This document shows positions 29,791 to 39,200 of a stretch of 64,000 nt of DNA, in pieces. The stretch is from an uncultured Chloroflexia bacterium (GTDB lineage: Bacteria; Chloroflexota; Dehalococcoidia; DSTF01; JALHUB01). The DNA is taken from positions 832,001-896,000 of the forward strand of contig OY969814.1 in NCBI GenBank assembly GCA_963703345.1, read 5' to 3'. The notes below the pieces were generated by a model. That model ran no database searches. It had not been told where the DNA came from and saw nothing but the letters and a program-made list of their open reading frames with translations. Each line of letters starts with the position of its first letter. Positions within the stretch are counted from its first letter, which is position 1. The translations under genes were made by a program, and so were the position numbers.

Positions 29791-30549
29791 TCAGCTCTGA
29801 GCGTGGGCGAGTTGGTTGATGACGGCCGCCAGGTAGCCGGCGCCGAAACCGTTATCGATGTTGACGACGGCGACGCCCGGCGCGCAACTGTTCAGCATCG
29901 TCAGCAGGGGAGCGATGCCCTGGAAGCTGGCGCCGTAGCCCACGGACGTGGGGACGCCGATCACCGGCATGGCGACCAGGCCGGAGACGACGCTCGGAAG
30001 CGCTCCCTCCATGCCGGCGACGACGACCAGCACCCGCGCCTCGCGCAGCTTCGGAAGATGGTCGAGGAGGCGGTGCAGCCCGGCGACGCCCACGTCGTAG
30101 ACCCGCTCGACGCTGCTGCCCATCAGCTCCGCCGTGACGGCCGCTTCCTCGGCCACCGGCAAATCCGCAGTGCCGCCGCAGATGAGGCAGACGCCCGGCA
30201 GCGCCTCAGCCGGATGGCGGTCCAGCGTCGCCGCCCGCGCGACGTCGTGGTAGACGGCGTCGGGGACGCGTTCCCCTATCATCTCGAAAACGTCGCGGTC
30301 GATGCGCGTCACCAGCAGGCGTCCGGAGCGCTCGGCGAGGCGCTCGGCGATGGCGGCCACCTGCTCCGCCGTCTTCCCCTGGCCCAGCACTACCTCAGGC
30401 AGGCTGTCGCGGAGGGCGCGGTGATGGTCCAGCTTGGCGAAGCCGATGTCCTCATAGGGAAGGTGGCGCAGCCTCTCCAGCGCCCCTTCAACGTCCGTCG
30501 TCCCTTCGGATACGGACAGTAGAAGCTGTCGCAGGCTCTGCTCGTCGAT
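29791..30549 (-). CDS. larB: Nickel-pincer cofactor biosynthesis carboxylase LarB (probable ATC start)
   Basis: Frame continues upstream of the ORF-track GTG: IDEQSLRQLL...FAKLDHHRALRDSLPEVVLGQGKT; GTADLPVAEEA, DVGVAGLHRL, AGMEGAL, PTSVGYG, VNIDNGFGAG. Confidence 0.9.
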   Translation of the reverse strand: MDEQSLRQLLLSVSEGTTDVEGALERLRHLPYEDIGFAKLDHHRALRDSLPEVVLGQGKTAEQVAAIAERLAERSGRLLVTRIDRDVFEMIGERVPDAVYHDVARAATLDRHPAEALPGVCLICGGTADLPVAEEAAVTAELMGSSVERVYDVGVAGLHRLLDHLPKLREARVLVVVAGMEGALPSVVSGLVAMPVIGVPTSVGYGASFQGIAPLLTMLNSCAPGVAVVNIDNGFGAGYLAAVINQLAHAQS

Positions 30550-30588
30550 CGTCTCACTCCCGGGCCTGACATGTTGGCCGCGAATGAG

Positions 30589-30597
30589 ATTATAGCA
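30589..30597 (-). promoter_or_regulatory. Extended -10 promoter for larBC
   Basis: Perfect TGcTATAAT about 40 nt upstream of the ATC. Confidence 0.6.
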
Positions 30598-30640
30598 TCG
30601 GCAGGTTCAGCGGACAAAAGCGCTGCCGATTCCCTCAGGG

Positions 30641-30883
30641 TTGACGCCCTCGCAACTGCAAGGGTATTATCAACCCGGCGGAGCTGCGTCTTGTAGCGCA
30701 GCGTGAGGCACTACCGGTTGAACATGGAGACCGACGACGGCGGCGATCGTAGCCGCCAAACGGCAAATAGAGGAGGCGATTCGCTGTCGATGAGTCGCCG
30801 CTAGAGCGCTGATTGGCGCCCGGCCGCGGCTCGTCCGCGGCGGACCACCTCCTGGCACGACTTTCTTGAGGAGGTGGTTTTTC
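30641..30883 (+). promoter_or_regulatory. Promoter plus structured leader (M-box-like candidate) with anti-SD hairpin
   Basis: TTGACG-18-TATTAT; CAGC-GTGAGGC...GCTAGAGC-GCTG; ACCACCTCCT(30844-53)/AGGAGGTGGT(30869-78) masks the SD. Confidence 0.5.
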
Positions 30884-32119
30884 ATGCCTTTCCTCAGCCA
30901 GCTCCTTGGCCGGCCCACCCTCGACGCCGAGGGCGTGCGCGTCGGTGTGCTGCGGGACCTGCTCGTCTCCGGCGATAACCCCTATCCGCCGCTGAACGCC
31001 ATCGTCGTCGGCGATAGGGGGCACCTGCACGCCATTCCCTGGATTCACGTCGCCTCCGTCACGCCGCGCGGGGCTGTGCTGCGCAGCCGCGTCCGCCTGG
31101 AGGCGTTTCCCGCGCCGACCGACGACTTGATCTGGCTGGGGCGCGACCTGCTGGACAAGCAGATCGTCGATACGCACGGCGTGAAGCTGGTGCGCGTGAA
31201 CGACCTGGCGCTCACGGTCATTAATGGCGACCTGCGCCTCGCCGGCGTCGACAACAGCGTCGCCGGACTCTTGCGACGGCTGGGAATCGAGTGGCTGGCC
31301 AACGTTGCCGGCCGCGGACGCCCACGACTTATCGACTGGGAACAGGTAGACATCGGCCCGGCCGTCGACGAGATTCGGCTGAAGGTGCCCTTTCACCGCC
31401 TGCGTCGCATGAACCCGGCGGACATCGCGTCGGTCATCAGCCAGATGTCGCCCGGCGAGGCGGCGGACGTGCTGGAGGCGCTGGACGACGAGATCGCCGC
31501 CCACGCCCTGGCGGAGCTGTCCGACGAGCACCAGGCTGCGGTCGTCAACGCTATGGAGCCGGAGGAAGCCGCCGACGTGTTGGAGCAGATGGCGCCGGAC
31601 GAGGCGGCGGACATCCTGGGCGACGTCCACGAGGAGCGCGCCGGCGAGCTTATGCGGTTGATGGAGCCGCACACGGCCCAGGAGGTGCGCTCGCTCCTTA
31701 TCTACGAGGACGACACTGCCGGCGGCCTGATGAACAGCAGGCTCTTCGCCGTCGCCGAGATGGAGACGGCGGGCCGCGTCCTGGAAGACCTGCGACGCAC
31801 CTCTCCGCCCGAGGACGAGATCTACTATCTCTACGTCGTCGACAGCGGTGGACGGTTGCGCGGCGTCCTCTCTTTGCGTGACCTCGTCGTCGCCGAGCCG
31901 GACACGCTCATCGCCGATTGCGCGCGGCAGGACGTGGCCTTCGTACGCCTGGACGACTCCAAGGAGGAGGTGGCGCGCAAGCTCATCCACTACAACCTCC
32001 TGGCCATCCCCGTCGTCGACGAGCACGGCCACCTGAAGGGCATGGTCACCGTGGACGCCGTGCTGGACCTGGTGACGCCGCGCGCCTGGCAGAACCAGCC
32101 GCGTCGGATGACGGGATAG
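30884..32119 (+). CDS. MgtE cytoplasmic-domain protein (PRC-barrel-like, MgtE_N, CBS pair; no TM domain)
   Basis: DLLDKQIVD..G.KLVRVND, PADIA, M.PDEAADIL, YEDDTAGGLM, YVVD..GRLRGVLSLRDL, YNLLAIPVVD. Confidence 0.88.
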   Translation: MPFLSQLLGRPTLDAEGVRVGVLRDLLVSGDNPYPPLNAIVVGDRGHLHAIPWIHVASVTPRGAVLRSRVRLEAFPAPTDDLIWLGRDLLDKQIVDTHGVKLVRVNDLALTVINGDLRLAGVDNSVAGLLRRLGIEWLANVAGRGRPRLIDWEQVDIGPAVDEIRLKVPFHRLRRMNPADIASVISQMSPGEAADVLEALDDEIAAHALAELSDEHQAAVVNAMEPEEAADVLEQMAPDEAADILGDVHEERAGELMRLMEPHTAQEVRSLLIYEDDTAGGLMNSRLFAVAEMETAGRVLEDLRRTSPPEDEIYYLYVVDSGGRLRGVLSLRDLVVAEPDTLIADCARQDVAFVRLDDSKEEVARKLIHYNLLAIPVVDEHGHLKGMVTVDAVLDLVTPRAWQNQPRRMTG

Positions 32120-32134
32120 ACAGGCCGATGGACG

Positions 32135-33454
32135 ATGACAAACCAGGTTATCCCTCCGGTGCGCCTCGGCCGGCCGGCGTTGCGCGTTCTAGCGTATCTG
32201 AACCGCATGGGGCCCTGGCGACGGCTCGCCCTCTTCCTGGCCGTGATGGGCCCCGGCCTGATCACCGGCATCGTCGACGATGATTCGACGGGAATCGCCG
32301 GCTATGCCATTGCCGGCTCACGCTTCGGCTACAACCTTCTCTGGACGCTTGTCCTCGCGGCCGTCGCGCTGGCGATAGTCGGAGAGATGGCGGCCCGAAT
32401 GGGCGCCGTCACCGGCAAGGGCCTCGGCGAGGTAATCCGCGAGCGTTTCGGCGTACGCATAACTTCCTTCGCGCTGCTCATACTCCTGGTTGCCAACACG
32501 GCCACGGTGATCGCCGAATTCGCCGGAATTGCCGCCGCGTCGGAGATATTCCACATTTCGCGCTACATAGCCGTGCCGCTTGCAGCGCTGCTGGTGTTCG
32601 TCGTCGTGGCCTACGGCTCGTACCGGCGCATGGAGAAAGTGCTGCTGCTCTTCTCCGCCGTATCCATTGCCTACGTCATCACCGGCTTCCTCGCGCGTCC
32701 CGATTGGGGCGCCGTGGCGACGCATTCGGTCGTTCCGCACATTCAGACGAACCTGGCGTATCTCTCCGTCCTCATCGGCGTCATCGGCACCACAATAACA
32801 CCGTGGCAGCAGTTCTATCTTCAATCGACCGTCGTGGACAAGGGCCTGGGGGAGCGCGAGTTCAAGCTGGAGCGTTTGGACGTGTTCATCGGGGCGTTCG
32901 CCTCCGCGACCATCGCCTTCTTCATCATTGTGACGACAGCCGCAACGTTGCACGCGCACGGCGAGCCGTCGGGGACAGTGGAGGAGGTGGCGCAGTCGCT
33001 GCGTCCGCTGGCCGGCGACTTCTCCGCCAATCTCTTCGCGATAGGGCTGCTGAATGCGTCGCTGCTGGCGGCGGCGGTCCTGCCGCTCACGACGGCCTAT
33101 GCAGTCTGCGGCGCCTTCGGCTGGGAGCGCAGCGTCAACCGGCCCATCCGCGAGGCGCCGGTGTTCTTCGGCCTTTTCGGCGGGCTGCTGATCGTGGGCG
33201 CGACGGCAGTGCTCTTGCCGGGCATGCCCCTCCTCCTGCTGCTGCTGATTCCAAACGTCGTCGGCGCTGTGCTCCTGCCGGTCATCCTTGTCCTGATGCT
33301 GAAAGTGCTGAACGACTCCAAGATAATGGGTCGTTGGACGAACTCGACGGGCTGGAACGTGGCCGCGTGGACCGTGACGGGCGCGCTCATCGGGCTGACC
33401 GTGGCGTACGCCTTCATCGCTATCCTGCAAGCGATGGGGGGTGTCAGCGGCTGA
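32135..33454 (+). CDS. NRAMP-family divalent cation transporter, NRMT-like clade
   Basis: GPGLITGIVDDDSTG instead of DPGN, ARMGAVTGKGL, EFAG, GTTITPW, about 11 TM helices. Confidence 0.85.
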   Translation: MTNQVIPPVRLGRPALRVLAYLNRMGPWRRLALFLAVMGPGLITGIVDDDSTGIAGYAIAGSRFGYNLLWTLVLAAVALAIVGEMAARMGAVTGKGLGEVIRERFGVRITSFALLILLVANTATVIAEFAGIAAASEIFHISRYIAVPLAALLVFVVVAYGSYRRMEKVLLLFSAVSIAYVITGFLARPDWGAVATHSVVPHIQTNLAYLSVLIGVIGTTITPWQQFYLQSTVVDKGLGEREFKLERLDVFIGAFASATIAFFIIVTTAATLHAHGEPSGTVEEVAQSLRPLAGDFSANLFAIGLLNASLLAAAVLPLTTAYAVCGAFGWERSVNRPIREAPVFFGLFGGLLIVGATAVLLPGMPLLLLLLIPNVVGAVLLPVILVLMLKVLNDSKIMGRWTNSTGWNVAAWTVTGALIGLTVAYAFIAILQAMGGVSG

Positions 33455-33633
33455 CGGCTGTCCCAGCGACCACTGCTCTCGCGAGAGCAGTCTCTCGATT
33501 CTGGATAACCCCGATTGGCACTCGGTTTTCGCCAGTACAAAATGCCCGAAAGGACTGTGCCAGGTCGCTCGTCGCCGCGGCGTGAGTGGAGCAACCGTCC
33601 TGCCTGGCCGAAGTGTGATAGGAGGAGGCTGAA

Positions 33634-34962
33634 ATGACAGTGCTGTGCAAGGAGTGCGGTGCCGAGTCTCCGGACGACGGCGTCTTTTGCGAACAGTGCG
33701 GTCTAAAGCTGGAGAGCCCGGCGGCAGACGCCGTGCCGACGGTGGCCTGTCCTAATTGCGGCACGGCCAATCCGCCCGACAGCGCCTTCTGTGAGGAGTG
33801 CGGCGGCGAGATACCGCCTGAGGCCGAGAAGGGGGGCCGAAAGCCCGGCTTTCTCGGCACGGCGGCGAAAGCCGCCATCGGCGGCACCGTGCTGGGAGGC
33901 GCCGGCATCGGGATAGCATCCGTGCTTGGCGGTGGTGGAGGAGGAGGCGCGGCAGCGGCGGCAGGTGCCGGCGCGGCGGAGACGGCCGCACAAGCAGGGG
34001 CGGAGACGCTCGGGCAGGCCGCGGGGCAGGCCGCGGGACAGGCGGGCGGATCGGCCGGCGGCGCGTCTTCGGGCGGCGCTGCGGGAGGAGCGCACACAGG
34101 CTTGTCCGGCGGGGTGCAGGGAGCTGGGCCTCATGTGGGCGCCCAGCACCTCGGCACCGTGCACGGTGGAGCGCCCGGAGGTGGCGCACCCGGAGGCACA
34201 GCGACCGGTGGCGGCGGCGTACCGGGTAGCGGCGCGTCGGGCGGAGGACCAACCGGGGGATTCGGCGGTCCGCCAACGGGAGGCACGAGCCACGTCGGCC
34301 ATCATGGCCACGGCGCACATGTCGGCGCCGGCGCGGGAGCAGGCGCAGGCGCGGGAGCCGGAGGCGGCATGGGCATTGCCGCCCTTATCGGCGCGATCAT
34401 CAAATGGGGGCTGATCGGCTTGATTACATTGATCGGCCTCGGACTGGGTGCGTCGGTCGTCGGCGCGGCGCTCATCTTCACCGGCAATCCGAGCCCCTGC
34501 GTCAACCGTCCAATCACGCCGTCGACGGCGGCGAGTCAGGCGCTGCGCAACAAGTGGGACGCTTTCGAGCAGGCCGCTCTCAAGGGCGCCTCGCTGATCA
34601 CTTTCGATGAGACGGGCGTTACGTCGCGAGGCGTGGAGTATATCAAAGAGAAAGACCTGCCGCTAAAGGACCTGCAGGTCAACTTCTGCCCCGATGGCCT
34701 CGGCGAAGCGCGTGGTACAATCGACGCGCCGGGACGGCCCATTCACGTCCTGCTGCGCGGAACGCTCGACCTGTCGGGCCCAAAGCCGCGTATCGACGTC
34801 AAGACGATAAAGGCCGGCAATCTTCCCAGCCTCTTCGGTGGCACCGACTGGATAATCACCAACATCATTAAGAAGAGCAACGCGGACATTCTCGACGTGA
34901 AGCCTCATCTGACGAGGCTGGAGATCGCGGACGGCTCGGCGACGCTCATGGGAGGCCCGTAG
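33634..34962 (+). CDS. Double zinc-ribbon, Gly/Ala-rich, TM and C-terminal domain protein
   Basis: CKECG..FCEQCG and CPNCG..FCEECG; (GQAA)n and (GA)n tracts; hydrophobic helix; SD GGAGG. Confidence 0.75.
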   Translation: MTVLCKECGAESPDDGVFCEQCGLKLESPAADAVPTVACPNCGTANPPDSAFCEECGGEIPPEAEKGGRKPGFLGTAAKAAIGGTVLGGAGIGIASVLGGGGGGGAAAAAGAGAAETAAQAGAETLGQAAGQAAGQAGGSAGGASSGGAAGGAHTGLSGGVQGAGPHVGAQHLGTVHGGAPGGGAPGGTATGGGGVPGSGASGGGPTGGFGGPPTGGTSHVGHHGHGAHVGAGAGAGAGAGAGGGMGIAALIGAIIKWGLIGLITLIGLGLGASVVGAALIFTGNPSPCVNRPITPSTAASQALRNKWDAFEQAALKGASLITFDETGVTSRGVEYIKEKDLPLKDLQVNFCPDGLGEARGTIDAPGRPIHVLLRGTLDLSGPKPRIDVKTIKAGNLPSLFGGTDWIITNIIKKSNADILDVKPHLTRLEIADGSATLMGGP

Positions 34963-35008
34963 CGGCCCTCGGGCCGAGCAAAGGGAAGGGTCGGGGGTTG
35001 GAACGAAC

Positions 35009-35034
35009 GGCCGCTCGGCAAGCCGAGCGGCCCG
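35009..35034. repeat. 26-nt hairpin, copy 1 (likely terminator after metV)
   Basis: GGCCGCTCGG-caag-CCGAGCGGCC-cg. Confidence 0.75.
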
Positions 35035-35100
35035 AGATGGCAGGCAGACCTCGCTCTCAATTGAGCGGCTGGTCAGGGCACACGGCGAGGCTGCAACTGC

Positions 35101-35769
35101 CTAGATGCGGTGCTCCTCGCGAACAACGCGTCGCGGCCCGCTGTGCCAGCTCGTCCGCCAATCACGCGCCGGAACGATCTCCGCCAGCCTGTCGAGCTGC
35201 CCGATAGCTTCAAGTCGACGGTAGATTAGCTGCCAGGCGCAGGGTCGCTCCGAGTCGACTTCGCAGCCGTCTTCGCTGGAGCCGGCGCAAGGCCCGTTGA
35301 GCATGCGCTTGGCGCAGCGGGTGATGGGGCAGATGCCGCCGAAGTCGGCAAGGACGCAGGCGCCGCAGCCCAGGCACTTCTCCGTCCAGACGCCCTGCTC
35401 TTCGAGAATGCCGATGAACTGCGTGTCGAGCGCGGCGTAGACGGGCTTCTCCGGGAAGCGCTCCGCTATCGCCTGAACGCCGGCGCCGCAACCGAACGAC
35501 AGGACCGCCTCGTTGCGCGCCGCCGCGGCCGCCAGGTCGGCGATGAACTCGTTTTCGCACTGCCTCTCGATGGTCATCTGCTCGATCTCTATCGGCCGGC
35601 CCTCCAGGCGTCGCGCCATGCGCATCGCGTAGCTCATGATGCTGACTTCCCGGTCGCCGCCGGCGAGGCAGACGGTGACGCAGGTTCCGCAGCCCACAAA
35701 CAGCACCTTGTCGTGGCCGGCAAGCAGGCTCCTGACTTCAGCGATCGATTTTCCAGTTGCGACTATCAT
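35101..35769 (-). CDS. metV: Methylene-THF reductase small Fe-S/Zn subunit MetV
   Basis: GCGTCVTVC, RQCE, CGAGVQ, CLGCGAC.L..FGGICPITRCAKRMLNGPCAG, CAW. Confidence 0.9.
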   Translation of the reverse strand: MIVATGKSIAEVRSLLAGHDKVLFVGCGTCVTVCLAGGDREVSIMSYAMRMARRLEGRPIEIEQMTIERQCENEFIADLAAAAARNEAVLSFGCGAGVQAIAERFPEKPVYAALDTQFIGILEEQGVWTEKCLGCGACVLADFGGICPITRCAKRMLNGPCAGSSEDGCEVDSERPCAWQLIYRRLEAIGQLDRLAEIVPARDWRTSWHSGPRRVVREEHRI

Positions 35770-36227
35770 TCTTGCCCTCTATTCTCAGTCTGCCGCAGCG
35801 GGCTGGGCCCCAGCCGTTCGACGGTCTCCACCATTTCCCGCACGCGCGCCACAAACGTCGGCGCCTCCGACGCTGAGAGGTTGACCATCCGCAGACGCTC
35901 GCCGCCGATGCCGATGTCGTCCAGGAGCTTTCGCGCGGCCGCGATCCGGCGCTTCGCGCGCAGGTTCCCCTCGACGAAGTGGCAGCTGCCCTCCAGGCAG
36001 CCGGCGATAAGCACGCCGTCGATGCCCCGCTCGAACGCCGCCAGTATCTGCTGCACCTCCACCTTGCCGCTGCAGGGCACGTGGACGATGCGGACGTTCG
36101 CCGGGTACTGCATGCGTCGCGAACCGGCCAGGTCGGCGGCGGCGTAAGCGCAGAAGTTGCAGCAGAACGCCAGTATCTCGCAGCGCTCCGTCGTTGCGCC
36201 GGCCTTCGTCTCTTCCGTCTCAATCAT
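35766..36227 (-). CDS. mvhD: MvhD-like [2Fe-2S] subunit
   Basis: FCCNFCAYAAADLAG, VPCSGK, GCLEGSCHF..GN. Confidence 0.92.
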   Translation of the reverse strand: MIETEETKAGATTERCEILAFCCNFCAYAAADLAGSRRMQYPANVRIVHVPCSGKVEVQQILAAFERGIDGVLIAGCLEGSCHFVEGNLRAKRRIAAARKLLDDIGIGGERLRMVNLSASEAPTFVARVREMVETVERLGPSPLRQTENRGQE

Positions 36228-39200
36228 GTAGCGTTCCCACCAGCAGCTCGTCCAGCATCGCCGTGAGCTGGCCTTCCTCCTGGTTCTGAAGCTGAATCGC
36301 CTGCGCAGGGCAGGCCGCGACGCAGCTCCCGCAGCCCAGACACTTCGCCGCCTGTATCGCGACCTTGTGCTCGACGAGGACGGGCGCGCCGTATGGGCAG
36401 ACCTTGACGCAGGTCATGCAAGCCGTGCAGGCGGAAGCGTCGACTTTCGCGATTTGCCCGCCGACCTCCAGGTACGGCTTCGAAAGCACCGTCGCCGCCC
36501 GCGCGGCGGCCGCCAGCGCCTGCGCTATCGTCTCGTCGACGAAGCGGGGCGAGTGGGCCAGCCCGCAGACGAAGACGCCCTCGCTGGCCAGGTCGACCGG
36601 CCGCAGCTTGGGGTGTGCCTCCAGGAAGAAGCCGTCGGCGGTTAGCGACGTTCGGATGATGGACGACAGCTTCGGGTTGTCCGTCGCCGGCGCGATGCCG
36701 GTGCTCAGCACGAGCAGGTCCGGCCGCAAGACGAGCCTTCGACGCGTTCCGGCGTCGGTGACGCGCACCGTCAGGCCGCCGTCGTCGCTGGTTGCGGGCT
36801 CCTCGTCTTCGCGGTAGCGGATGAACAGCACGCCGGCCTCGCGCGCCTTCTGATAGTACGTCTCGCGGAAGCCGTAGGTGCGCATGTCTTTCATCAGGAC
36901 GATGACGCGGGCGTCCGGTCGCGCCGATTTGAGGGCCAAGGCGTTCTTCACCGCCTCGGCGCAGCAGACGCGACTGCAGTAGTTGTTCTCCTCGGTGCGC
37001 GAGCCGACGCACTGGATCATGACCACGGTCGGGCTTTCGCCGAGGCCTGCCGGGTCGCCGGCGGCAAGTCGTGCCTCCAGCTCGCGTTGGGTTACCACGC
37101 GCTCGTTCTTCCCATACAGATGCGCCTCAGACACGCGCTCGACGCCTCCGGTCGCGACGATGGCGACGCCGTGGGAGATCGTCTCCTCGCGTCCGTTCGA
37201 CATAACTACGCTCTTGAAGTTGCCGACGTGTCCGTTGAGCTCGACAAGCTCCGAGTTGAGATGAGTGTGAATCTGCGGATGCGCCTGCACGCGGTCGATG
37301 AGCCCCGCTGCGAACTGCTGGATGTCGTCGCGCTCCAGCGTATAGTGGAGCTGGCGGAGGTTGCCGCCGAGGACGTCGCTCTTCTCCACCAGGTGCGTCT
37401 CGAAGCCCTGGTCCGCGAGCGAGAGCGCCGCCGTCATGCCGGCCAGCCCGCCGCCGAGCACCAGCGCCGAGCGCGTTATCGGCAGGCGGCTCCGCTCCAG
37501 CGAGCGCAGCAGTCGCGCCCGCCCAACCGCCATGCGCATCAGGTCGCAGGCCTTCTCCGTCGCCTGGACGGGGTCGTCCCGGTGCACCCACGAGCACTGG
37601 TCGCGGATGTTCGTCATAGCGAAGAGAAACGGGTTGAGGCCGGACTCGCGCAGCGTCTCCTGGAACAAGGGCTCGTGCGTCCGCGGCGAGCAGGAGGCGA
37701 CGACGACGCGGTTCAGCCGCTTTTGCTTGATGATCTGCTTTATCGCCTCCTGGCAGTTGTCGGAGCAGGTGTAGAGGTCCGTCTCGGCGTGGACGACGTT
37801 GCCCATGGCCGCCGCCTCGCGTTTCACCGCTTCGACGTTGACGACGGAGGCGATGTTGTGGCCGCAGTGGCAGATGAACACGCCGACGCGCGGCTCTTCG
37901 TCCGTCACGTCGCGCTCCCAGGGATACTCGTGCCGCTCGACCTGTGTGCCGCGGCCTTCCCGCAGCAGCTCCATCGCCGCCGCGGCCGCCGCGCTCGCCT
38001 GGGCGACCGATTCCGGGATGTCCTTCGGCTCCTGGAAGGCGCCGGCGACAAAAACGCCGGGTCGCGATGAGATGACGGGCGCCAGGCGGTCGGTGCGGCA
38101 GAAGCCGAACTCGTCGCGCTCGACACCGAGGTGTCGGGCCAGCTCGTCGGCGCTTGCTCCGGGCTTCAGGCCGATGGAGAGCACCACCAGGTCGAAGTCT
38201 TCCAGCTTCTCCGCGCCCTCCTCGTCGAAATAGCGGAGGCTGAGGTCTTTCGTGTTCGGCCTCTCGACGACGCGTGAAGGGATGGCGCGGACGTAGCGAA
38301 CACCGTATTCGCTTTGGGCGCGGCTGACGTAGCGGTCGAACTCCTTGCCGAAGGCGCGCACGTCGATGCAAAAGATGGCGATCTCCAGATTCGCGTCGTG
38401 CTCCAGCGCGACCATCGCCTCCTTCGTCGCCGACATGCAGCAGACCGCGGAGCAGTAGCCGTTGCCGCAGGCGCTGTCGCGGGAGCCGACACACTGGATG
38501 AAGGCGACGCGCCGCACCGGACCGCCGTCGGAGGGTCGGACGAGCGTGCCTTCCGTCGGCCCGGAGGCGCTAAGCATGCGTTCGAACTGGATGGAGCTGA
38601 GGACGTTGGCGTAGCGCCCGTGGCCGTACTCGCCGCGCAGCGACGCTTCGATCTCCTCCGTCCCCGGCGTCAGAATGACCGCGCCCACCCGCAGCGTCTC
38701 GGTCCGCGTCCGCATGTCGTGGACGATGGCGCCCGGGCCGCAGGCCTTCTCGCAGAGGCGGCAGTCGGAGCATAGGCCGCAGTTGAGGCAGCGCAGCGCT
38801 TCGGCGACGGCGTCGTCCTCCGAGTAGCCGAGGTCGATCTCACGCATGTCGCCGCGGCGCTCGACGACGGGCGACTGCGGCATGGCGTGTCGCGGCTGGA
38901 CGGTGGCGGCTGGGTTGGGGTTCGGCGCCGCTGTCTTGCCGGCATCGCTCTGCCTCGGCTGGGGTGACGCTCCGCGCAGGTAGTCGTGGATCGTCTGGGC
39001 GGCGCGATGACCGTGCGCCATCGCCTCGACGAGCGAGGCAGGGCCGAGGACCGCGTCGCCCCCGGCGAAAACGCCCGGCAGCGAGGTCGAAAGGCAGTCG
39101 TCGCAGTCAATGCGCGAGGCGCCGGCGAACGGTAGGCCCTCCAGGTCGGAGCTCTGGCCGATGGCGAGAATGACCGTGTCGGCGTCGAAGACGAAGTTTG

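Noticed and set aside
29773-29793. Selenocysteine readthrough of the larB TGA into in-frame larC
   Set aside because: The TGA is at the normal LarB C-terminus, not at a Cys-equivalent position, and larC has its own SD
33900-34370. GGC/GCG-rich repeats as a possible VNTR or CRISPR-like array
   Set aside because: Imperfect codon-level Gly/Ala repeats with no constant repeat-spacer periodicity
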